A stretch of DNA of 64,000 bases, taken from NCBI GenBank assembly GCA_965113315.1, contig OZ220364.1; one strand, given 5' to 3'. Both the position numbers and the translations under genes were made by a program. Positions 49,256-60,333 of this stretch are shown here, in pieces. The notes below the pieces were generated by a model, which was not told where the DNA came from, did no database searches, and was given only the letters and a program-made list of their open reading frames with translations. The DNA comes from Podarcis vaucheri (lineage: Eukaryota). Position 1 is the first letter of the stretch; each line of letters begins with the position of its first letter.

Positions 49256-50004
49256 AGACACTGGAGGCAGATTGTGTCTCTGGTTTTGAAAGCCTGCCTT
49301 TCCTTTCTCTCTATAATTGGCTTTATGTTGTAAGTGTCTGCCTTCAGCTTTAGCCTGTGCCCATTACTCAGCTGTTTTGGATAGCAGGGCAGAGGCATGG
49401 GGAAGCTAGGAGTCTAGCCATTTTAAAGCCTTTTTTGTCGGATGTTTGTGGACTTGTTCCATGTTTAATGCAGGGTTAGAACTACTGGGGTGTGACCAGC
49501 TGCTGTTTCCTTGTTTGGGTTTAATTAAGCGTTGCTTCCTTGAAAGCAGTGGAGGTTTGGTAGGTGTTCAGCTGGTTGGTAGAAGGAAGTAAGGTCATTC
49601 TCCTTGTTCCACCCAGCTATTTGTTGGACTTTCCCCCATGAGCAGGACCAAGCAGGACAGGAATATACTTAAGAACAGGACTTGGGAGAAACTGCTGTAG
49701 CAGGAAAGACAAATTGGCATTCATGGAAAGTATGTGGTAACAACCTCATCACTACTGCTTAACCCCCTTTCCTTAATGTTCATTGTTCCTAAACATCAAG
49801 AGCTTATTCACATGTCTGTTTTAAGCTGCCAGGATCTTCTGAAGTAACTGTTGTCACAACAGTTAAGCTAGTGAGAGAGGATGAATTCTTATCAGCAGCA
49901 CAGTTAAGGAAATTCCATTAGGAAGCTAGGGGTTAAGCACTCCATTGTATTGAACATGCCACTGAACTGAAAGCAGTGTTTGACATAAATTGAAGAAGCC
50001 CCCT

Positions 50005-50010
50005 TTTATT
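50005..50010 (-). terminator. Candidate XAB2 polyadenylation signal (AATAAA on - strand)
   Basis: tttatt on + strand, ~410 nt past the XAB2 stop; first canonical hexamer I found after it. Confidence 0.6.
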
Positions 50011-50131
50011 ACACTTTTTAAGCTTAGGAGAGTTAGAGTTTCAGTAATGAAAAGTATGCCGAACTAGCAGCTGACAGTGCAGGTTACTTATTCATGTATA
50101 CAGCAGCTGGCATTGTGCCCCCCCCCCTTTC

Positions 50132-50258
50132 TCATAGAGGATCAATCATCCAGTCCAACCCCTTGCAATGCACAAATTGGTAGCTGTCCCTTACGGGGAT
50201 TGAAACTGCAACCCTGGTGTTGCCAACACCATGCTCTAACCAATTGAGCTAGTTTCCC
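50132..50258 (-). mobile_element. tRNA-derived SINE with CR1-type 3' tail, in the probable XAB2 3'UTR
   Basis: Minus strand: tagctcaattggttagagc (A box), gtttcaatccccgtaagggacagc (B box), ggggttggactggatgat (CR1-like tail). Confidence 0.8.
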
Positions 50259-50417
50259 ATACAGACCTACACCAGACATTTGATAAAAAGATTTTATAAA
50301 TAGCAACGTGACAGAATAGAAAAGGATACTATCAAGGAAAACAAACAAATTACACCAACCCTGCTTATATGACACTTGTAGCCCTAGTTCAAAAGCAGTT
50401 CATCCATCTGCAGCCGC

Positions 50418-50479
50418 TCAATCGTCCTTAAGGCCTCCAAACACAGCGGAAGGAACACTCTGCTGCTCCAGCTGCACCT
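50418..50479 (-). CDS. XAB2: XAB2 last coding exon ([20 protein letters not shown])
   Basis: Acceptor cctacag|; TGA stop at 50418-50420. Confidence 0.95.
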
Positions 50480-52632
50480 CTGTAGGAGAGAAGATTTGGG
50501 ATAATCAATATAGAGCAAGAACAGTCGGATGTCAGGCTTAGAGAAATGACTTTGCTGGGTTGAACCTCAGGATTCTAGCAACCATTTCTGATTTGTGCCA
50601 GAACTAAGCTGAACTCTCTTTTTCACATAAAAATATACTCTTGGTTTTGCCAAAAGTATCTTCAGCAATCCCCCTTTTTCACGTGTGGAGACTTTTTAGA
50701 GACCTGGCAGATCAGAAATCCTTGCCGCTATTGCAAATCACCTGGAGATCTACTGGTAAACCCTAGTCTACTTTGTGCCTATTCGCTTCAGAAACTAGAC
50801 CATACAGCACCCTCTCTTACTTACCGTCAGGCTCATTATCCTCACTCTCATCTCCATCATCCAAATCAATGTCTATCTCATCAGGATTAGCCTGTTTGGA
50901 GAGTTCAGCCAGCTCACTGCGGGAAGCATCACTCCTAGAAATAAGGAACAAGAAACTGGTGAATTGTACAGGAGCCAGCACAGTATTATTCACACAGTGA
51001 CTGCCCCATGCCTATACTGCAGGAAACAGGTCCATCCTGAGAAGATCAAGCTGTCTTTACAGGTTCACATGTCTCTTCTCCACTGCAGGCTGCAACTGAA
51101 AGCCACTAGATAAGCTACACCAACTATTAGAACCTGCAGCGTTGACTCAACTCTACAGCTTCACTATCCGCATGACCGTAAATGCATTAAATGCATTTGG
51201 CTTCACTGTAACAACCATCAAGGCAAAACGGAACAAAAATGCATAGCGAAGGGGCCAATGGAAGTTAAAACATAAGACACACCATTGCTACACTCCTCCC
51301 TCTACCCTGAAATGCAAACTCTCTTAATCCTGTTTTGTGTTAGTTTCAGGCTATAGTCTAATGTCAAGATCTTAGACTCTAGGATCAAGTCATATAGTGA
51401 CAAAGCCCAGCTTGGGTCTGATAGTGTGTGCCTGCCACTACCCAACAGAGACACAAGTTTAATCATGATAAGAACTAGAATTCCACTACCTATCCAACTT
51501 CAGTGCATGTGGACACATACAGAATTTTAACACAGCAGATGGACAAACTGAGCAGTTGTTTAAAAATATCTCTTCCCCCGCCCAACCACCACAAAAAAAC
51601 CCTTTGAAGTAGTGGAGACAGTAGGCACAAGGTGGTTTCTGTGGCCCTGGCTATACTTCTGTGCCACTTCTACTACCCAAATTCCGGGGGAAATATTTTT
51701 ATAACCTCTAACCAGAACATACATGCATTAAGATAAAAAGTAATGTACACTGCACATCAAATAGATTCTGTCTGCTGCCTAGTTTCTCATGGCAAGAACA
51801 CTGCATGTTTTCCCATTTCCAGCAGCAGCCACCTCGTGCGACCATCCCTACTTCTACAACTCTCCAAGCTTACAACAAACAGCTTGGTTCTTGCCCAGCC
51901 TGAAATATGACCCCTGGTGTATTGCATGCTGGGTGGTGACCTACAGCGAAGAGGTTAAACAAGTCTCCTTGGCCTGCAGTACACTCACCTGACAAACAGG
52001 ATCTTCTCCTTCGCTTGGGGCTGATCTCGCTCCGCTTCAGCTGCCAACTGCTCCGCCCGCTGCTCTAACAATTTCATGTCATCCATGCCACTCTGCCCAG
52101 GTGCCAGGTCAGACACTGAAACCGAAAGACAAGCAGGAGGGAAGGGCAGAGGAAGGGTTAGAATGGAACAGGAGATGTAGCAGCAGACACCCCTCTCTGC
52201 CGGGACCTGTGCAGGGTGCGGGGGGTGAGACCTACCTGTGCCTGTGGCATTGCTGTACACCTTCAGCATCTGAGAGGCCATGAAGTTGACTTGTGTGTTG
52301 TAGGTCGCTTGCACGCTTCGTTTAATGCGAAGCATCTCCCGGATAGTGTCTTCGTTCCCATGCCGGATCTCAAATTCCTTCCATGTCTGCCAGAAATTGG
52401 CAGTAGTCTGGCAGGAGAAGAAAAAGTGTTTTGACGGGTGGGGTGGGAAAGAAGGCAGTCACTGCGAAGTTCAACAGATCAAGCGGAACTTCTCCTTCCT
52501 GCTTCACTAGCCTTTCCCCTGAGCTCTGCTATGGGAAAAGCAACACGGAGGTGTGTCTGTGTACAGAGATGAGTTGTTCCTGTGCAGTGTATCTTCTGCA
52601 CCAGAAATGGAAATCCTTGCATCTTTGCAATA

Positions 52633-52663
<31 letters not shown>

Positions 52664-55600
52664 CCGATAGAGTTATCCTTGAACATAATGGAGAGCTAGC
52701 TTTTCTCACCTTCCCACACTGGGTCCTGAAAGGCCTTGCTCAGGCAGACGTATGACTAGTTCTCTAGTGTGTGGAAGAGATCATAGAATCATAGAGTTGG
52801 AAGGGTCCCTAAGGGTCAACTAGTCCAACCCCCTGGAACGCAGGAATCGCAGCTAAAGAACCCCTGACAGATGGCCATCCAACTTAATTAGAAACTTCTC
52901 ACAAAGGAGAGTCCACCAGGTGACTTACTCGGGGATCACACATCTGCGAACAGTAGGAATAGATGGCCCGAGCCCGGTCTATTTCGCCCAGCTTGCACTC
53001 CATGTCGGCAAAGCGCAGGCACATCTCCCGAGCGTGTTCATCTGTCAGCACCTGCAATGGGGATACGTGTTAAAATTGCACCCTGACCATCAATGTTTCT
53101 AAAACGGCTAACGAGTTAAAAACAAAAGCATCCAAACACATATTGCAAACCGAAAGGGACGCAATAAGAGCACAGCAGCAGAAAAAGACACAAGCTGAAT
53201 TGATGTTAGCAGTCCTGTTGCATGATGACAAAGATTTGTGTGGACACCAAGTGAGGATCCCCAAGGGCATCCTTCCAAAGGTTGGGGGTCGTAATCAAAG
53301 GGACTGGCTCACTCTCTGCTATCCATCAGCCCTGTTTCTGAAGTGGACCTCAGGGCACAAGCAGGTATCTCTGGGAAGTGGTCCCAAGCTGTATAGGGCT
53401 TTATAAAAAGGTAGCACTCAACACTTTGACCTGTGCTGAATAAGAGCAAAAACAGCATATTGCACAATATCCTCATAGTTGTAATAGTGATTACAGAAGC
53501 TGTATTTGTATTTACCCCATATCATATAAGGGAACACAATCCCATTCAGCCATTACCTAGCAGACTACTTACTCTCTAGGCGAGGGCAAGAGACTTATCC
53601 TGGAGTTTTAAACACAGCATTATTTATTTGGGAAAAAAGGAACTAACCTCAATAGCCTTCTCATAGATGCTACGTGTGTGTGTGACCCCATAGATTTCAG
53701 CTGCTCTCTTGATGTAGATATTGTACATGTCATACTGCTCCGAAGGCTGCACAGCCTGAGTGGCCCGCTCATACACGGCCATGGCATGGCGTGCCAGCCC
53801 ATATTCTTCCTCCAGTTTGGCATACAGCAAGTAGATAGCTGTGAACAGAGAAGAAATTAAAGCAAAACTACATTCCTCCCCCACCCCCAATCTTTGGGTC
53901 AACTCTTCTCACCAAGATATTTTGGCCCTGTATGGACTACGTTAGTGACACTCCAGATACCATAGGAAAAGTTTTAAATAAGCACTGCCCCAAGGGAGAA
54001 TTATTCAGATTGCCCTCTTGCACTGAAGAGGATGTGACAGAGATGTTCTCTCCATCTCAATGGCTCCTGCTGGACAGGAACTTATCAGGCCTCAAACAGA
54101 TTGGCTACCCTAGGGGGGCGCCATTCAGATGTTTTGAACTACAACTCCCATGATCCCAGACTACTGGCTAAGCCAGCCCAGTTGAGACAGATGGGAACTG
54201 CAATCCACAACCTCTGGAGAACACCACAATGGCAGCCACTAGGTTATGGATGCAGGTGCCCTCTGGCTCACTTTGGGAGCAAGTCCTCTGGCTTTGGCCT
54301 TGCTGTTTCCTGTATCTCAGCTTCCGTTGCCCAGGAAAACAGGACTGGTCTTTTCCCATTATTTATCAGCTCCCACCCCCAGGCTTTTACTGCCTCTGCT
54401 CCCTTGCAACAGAGCACAGTTCCGCTTACTTTTAGCATATTTCTGGGGGCAGCCATCTAGAGCCTGTTCAAAGAGGTCCCGTGCACGCTCCAACTTCTTG
54501 CCACCATAGCGGTCAGTGAATTTGGTAAGATAGGTGTTCCAAATGTCATACACATTTGGCCACTTGAACAATGAGATGCCCCTCTCATACGCCTGGCGGA
54601 GAGAAGGAATGGTATGAAAAAGACAGCAAAAGCTTTCTTCTAGTTGGTATACTCTTGCCTATATGAAAACCACCATATTGAGTCAGGTGATTGTGGTCTA
54701 TGCAGTCCAGTACTATCTGCTCTGGCTGACAGCAGCAACCCAATATCTACAAAATAGATAAATCTTTCCCCAGCTTTGCTACCTGAGGGTCTTTTAAACT
54801 GGAGATGCCAAGGAATGAATCACGGGACCCATTAGCTGAATCCTACCCTCCATGCTAATCTTTTCAAAGGTAAGATTAGCATCTCCTACAGAGATGTAGG
54901 ATCTGCAGAGTTCCGCTCTGCTACCTAAGAAGTACACCACACACTGTAGATATTTTGAGCCCAAGGTCCTCCCTCTCAAGCTCCACAGCTTGCAGCATGC
55001 AGCTTTTGCGATTCAGTGGCTCCCAAACCAACCAGATGGGCAACTTCCCACTCCCCCAGCTGCTATGAGAGCAGACAGAGGTATTGATATAGCCAACTCA
55101 CCTTGAAGCTCTCTTCAAAGTAGCTGTGCTCTTCCAGGAAGAGGCCATAGTTAATGATGATTTGTGGGGTGGCAATGCGCAGGTCCAGAATGCGGTCATA
55201 CACAGCTTTAGTAGACTAGGGGTGGTGACATAAAGAAACTTCAATATTAGGCTGAACCGCAAAGAGACAGCCAAGTTACAGAGACAGCTTGGGGTTCTCA
55301 GTCACTGTCCCCTCCCCAGCTATGCCCAGAGATACAGAGGGAGGAGATCAGGAGGGAGGAAACAAGTCCCTGTGGTCAATACAGGTCTTTTAATGCAGAG
55401 CTGGCAGGGCTGCTGCCCACAGCTGCTCAAGGCAAGCAGTAAACAAGGCTCCCTATTACCTTCAAAGGGAATCAGTAGGCCCCAGTTGGATTGTCAGAAA
55501 ATATGGGAGAAAGAACTGTAGCTACAGACTGCTGTGTGCTTCACATAGTGTTTTATTTATCGATTAAATTTGTCAACTATCTTGTCCAAGGCAATCCACA

Positions 55601-58600
55601 GCAACTTGCAACCAAACCGACAATAAACCTCACATAGATACATTAAAACCAAGAGAAAAGGTATATGCATTAAAAAATATGCCAGCCGCTTCTAAAAGGC
55701 TAGCTAGAAATAATCATGTATAAAAGGGGGAACCATTGAAGGCAGGAAAGAAGTCAGGAGAGCCCAGATAAATATGCTGAAAGAAACTATGGGTACCAAA
55801 ACCCACGGTTTCTTGAAGTAGAGACTTCGCTTCAGGGAACGGGAAGTCAGGGGCTTGAGTTGTGCAAGGCTGCTCTGCTACTGACTCCATGTAACAGAGC
55901 CAGTTCTCTGGGCCCAATGCTGCTCTCTAGCCAGGCACAGGAAGCAGCTGATGGAGCATGACAGCCCCCCCTCTCCATGCCTCAGCATCATACTATTTCA
56001 AAGCCAAAGACATGGTGAAAGGGGAGGAGAGGAGGGTACAGTCTCTAGAATAACTTAAAGATGACTAGGAAACAGTGAGGGTCTGTCATTTTGGGTGGTT
56101 CAGAAGATCTCCAAGTATAGCATTAGCTACCAAACCAAGTGGTCTACGGAATACCTAACCACTGATTTTGTGCCACCCAAAAGCCAAGGAATGCCAATTC
56201 AAAAACCAGCTCATTTGTGCCTAGCTAAAACTTTTTTTAAAAAAGAAGACGACTGTTTTGGGAGGGCTGCTGAAGTGGCAAAAAGTCATTCACTTTCTGC
56301 ACAGCTTGTCCCAGTGGTTAATCCTTTTGCCTGCTAAACTGGAGCAGGGTTTCTAATTTGTCTTTAGTCTAATTCCCAGATGTTGACCCTTATTCTGTCT
56401 CTCCCTGCTAGTTCAAGGAGACATTTACTGCCCACAGTACTTGCTTCCTTGGATACTTCTCAGACACTTCTGGACAGAAGGCGATTAAAGCTGATTGAAT
56501 AATACTTAAAACAGCCAGAGAGAAGTGCCATGATAGGAAAGAAGAACAGAAACCCAAAGCTAATGCTTTTCCTGTCTGGATGAGGCGGGCTTCCATGACT
56601 GCTCCAGACAGGAAAAGTTGGCGCTTGCCCTTCCCACAACTCCAGAAGGCTCTGGCAGACAATGGAGGCCAGAAAAGGCCACTTACCTTGAAGGTGCCAA
56701 GACTTTCTTCCAGGTCAGCCAACATAGACCAAACCTTGAGGGACTTGTAGACACGGTTCTGCACAGGTTCTGAGGAATCAAAATACTCTGCTTTCTTAGC
56801 TGGGATGGCTGTGGCTTTCTGAAGAAACAAGAGAAAACAGATGCCGGTGAAAGTGGGAGAAGCCTATGGAAGTCTAGCAGCACACCCTGATGATTAAGGA
56901 TAGAATTCACATAGCACTAAGTGGGGTATGCACATGGGGAACAAGGCCTGCTCAAGCAAGAAGACGTCCCCCCTTCTCCCCGTGTGCCCTCTAAACCTGT
57001 TCTGAGGATCCTCTAACTTCCAGAGCAGATTTTCTTTTGGGGTGTGTGTCTGTGTGCGTGCGTGTGCAGAGGAATCCTGCTGTGGGAACAGACCTCGCTT
57101 TGCGCTTGCAACAACTTACCGTATTTTTCGCTCTATAACACGCACCTGACCATAACACACACATCATTTTTAGAGGAGGAAAACAAGGGGGGGGGGGATT
57201 CTGAATGAAATAGTGGATGTATCATTTTTGTGCTTCATGCTGTGGCCACAGACATGTGATCTGATGGTGAATTTGGGGTGACCCAATGCAAAAATCCTGA
57301 GAATCCCTGTGGATCCATGCTTTGTAACCACGTTTTTGCACCATTGTGGCCCCAGGCAACAGTAGGTGCGTGATTTTTGGGGGGCAGGCTGTAGCCATGG
57401 ACATGCTATGTGATCTGATGGTGAATTTGGGGTGACCCAATGCAAAGATCCTGAGGATCCCTGTGGATCCATGCTTTGTAACCACGTTTTTGCACCATTG
57501 TGGCCCCAGGCAACAGTAGGTGCGTGATTTTTGGGGGGCAGGCTGTAGCCATGGACATGCTATGTGATCTGATGGTGAATTTGGGGTGACCTAATGCAAA
57601 GATCCTGAGGATCCATGTGGATCCATGCTTTGTAACCACGTTTTTGCACCATTGTGGCCCCAGGCAACAGTAGGTGCGTGATTTTTGGGGGGCAGGCTGT
57701 AGCCATGGACATGCTATGTGATCTGATGGTGAATTTGGGGTGACCTAATGCAAAGATCCTGAGGATCCATGTGGATCCATGCTTTGTAACCACATTTTAA
57801 GTGGGGAGGGAAGGAAAAACACAGAAGGGACAAGGAGCACGAGAGGGGTGTGCAGAGAAGCAGCTGGCTAAGAATGCTGGAGAGGGATTTAACGGGAGGG
57901 AGGAAAGGAAGGCAAAAGTCCCCCCCCCGCTCTCTCCCACCTGCTTTTTTCCCGGCTGCCTGCGAGTCCCTAGACGCAGCAGCACCAGCACCGGAGCACC
58001 GAGAGGAATTAGAAGGAAGGACGCTCTGCTTTCCCCTCTGCTTGCCTGGAGGGGAGGGGATTTCCCTGCTCTTTGTTCCGTTTGAGCAAACACAGTAACG
58101 AAACGGAAGAGGGTGGCCAGTAAGACCCTGAGGCAGAATGCAGGAAAGCAGCAGCTTCCTCTTTTCAAAGCTTCCCTTCTCTGGACGCGCAATTTGATTT
58201 TTGCCTGATTTTTGCCCCTGCACTCGCGCCAGTCGGCTCCAGGGACCACACATTCGCTCAATAACACGCACAGACATTTCCCCTTCCTTTTTAGGAGAAA
58301 AAACCCTTTATAGAGAGAAAAATACGGTAGCTGAATCCCACCCTTAGAATGTATCTCTCTCACTCTTTAGATATAAATTAACTCTGCAGACAGGAAATTG
58401 GGTGGCCTCACATTGTTAGAAATACAAAAGCTTAGAAATCTTGGTTTCCTGGTTTCTCATTTAGCCACAGCGCACCATTCAGCTAGTAACGGTGCTTCCC
58501 TGTGATTCAACCACTAGAGCTCCAATTCCATTCAGGGAGATGTGGACAGAAGAAAGGAGTCTTATTTTTGATCGCAAGGCTATACGCCCTTAACTCCGAA

Positions 58601-60290
58601 GTAATCCTCTGGGAACCCAAAAAGCAACACTTCTGGATTATCAGATGCCTGCCGCCCTGTTTCTGCTCACCCGCAGGATGCGCAGCGCTTGGTCATAGTT
58701 CTCGTGCCGCAGCTCCATCTCGCCATATTCGCACCACACGCTGGCCAGCTCATCCACTTGCTTGAAGTTGACCTTGGTAGCCTTTTCAAAAATGGTTCTG
58801 GCCTGGGAACAAGTAAGGTAGGCAAGGTGAGGGGGAAAGCAGGGCCAGAAAGAGCCCCCAGTTTCAGCATCTCCTCTCCTTGGACTAGCCTAAGTGGTGG
58901 GGCAGGTCATCCAAGAAATGCTGCATCACCAAGGATGGTGGCTTCCCGGAGTTTGGGTAAGGTTGACTGAATATAAGACTCGCTCACCACAACCAAAATT
59001 CCTGAATCAATTTACAACAAGAATGAAACACAGTGACAAAAATGCATGGAGTTAAGCCTGAGGCAGCTGTGGTGAAGGGCATTTGCAACACAGAACCCGA
59101 GTCTCTGTTGTGCTTCTGGCCAGCAGCTAAGAAAGTAAGGCAGGAAACATTTTGAAAGGCAAGGACAGAGCAGCGTCAGCCTCCCAAACCCATGAATCAC
59201 TCACGTCTTCGATCTGTCCATTGACCTCGTAGAATTTGGCAAAAGAAACCCAGAGCGTATGTGTCTTTCCAGTGGCTTTAAAGGGGTCAACAGTCTGCAC
59301 CGCTTCTGTGTATGTGTTGATGATCTGGAGGAAGCAGGGAGAGAGGCAGAAGAAAAGAAAAGATTGAGCTCTGGCAGGTTCCTAGGTTCCTTCCTTCCTG
59401 TACGGTTTGGTGGCTGTAGCTGCAAAGCACAGCACAGAGGAAGTGAGAAGTGCCAACTAGTACAATCCCAATGAAGTTTTAATTGTGGAAAACAGCCTGC
59501 TTCTCAGCAGATCTAGAAGGCCACTGGATGGTGAGAAGTGGGAGAACTGGCTCTCTATTTCCAGCTCAGCCCTGTGTGGCAGGTCAGTCTTCCAGGCGGC
59601 AGCTTAATTAGACCGGCATGAGTACCCGTCTATGAATGCCCTTCTGAGCAAATGTGGAAACTCCAGTGTGCTGAGCACCCATTAGTAGACAGAAGCTTTT
59701 TGAAACTTCATGAAATTTGCTTGGGGTGGAGGAAGCCCCAGTGGACGAAATGCTGTGTCAACTTCCATCAGTGACACGACCAACGTTGGGTGCCAGCAAC
59801 TCCTTGGAGATTCAGCTCAGATTTAGCTCCATACCCAAAACTTCGCCATTCATCACTGATGCTGCAACCCAGTGTTTAATAGAAGGGGAACACGCTAGCC
59901 TGAAAGTTCAGCAGCTCCCTCATTCCCAGCGCTGGGTCTGCTCATGCAATCCCTACTGTGGGGATTTCCTTACCTCGCGAGGTTTGCCTTCATACAGCTT
60001 CACCCGCTTGTGCCACTCGTGGACGTTGTGAGGATTCTGGCGCAAAAGGACACTGTTAAGAAGCAAGGGCCGGCGGGTGATCAGCTGCTCAAAGCGAGCC
60101 AGGCGCAGCTCCAGGTCCACGTCATCTGTTTCCCCAGGGGGGCAAAAGAGCAGGAATGAGAGATGGCGCAGGAAGGCAGCTATTTGCAGCTGAAATTCCC
60201 CCTCTATTTTCTCACCTACACACTCCATACCTATAGCTATGCCCTGGGTTCCTTTGGGAGGAAGGGCAGGATTTAACATGAGAATATGAG

Positions 60291-60333
<43 letters not shown>

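Noticed and set aside
57254-57793. Repeated identical ORFs, or a CRISPR-like array
   Set aside because: Head-to-tail 154-bp tandem repeat with no unique spacers, in a vertebrate intron.
59765-59862. Box C/D snoRNA-like arrangement on the XAB2 strand (GTGATGA ... CTGA, ~88 nt)
   Set aside because: Weak terminal stem, no convincing rRNA-complementary guide by eye, and ~445 nt from the 3' splice site. A snoscan or Infernal run would settle it.
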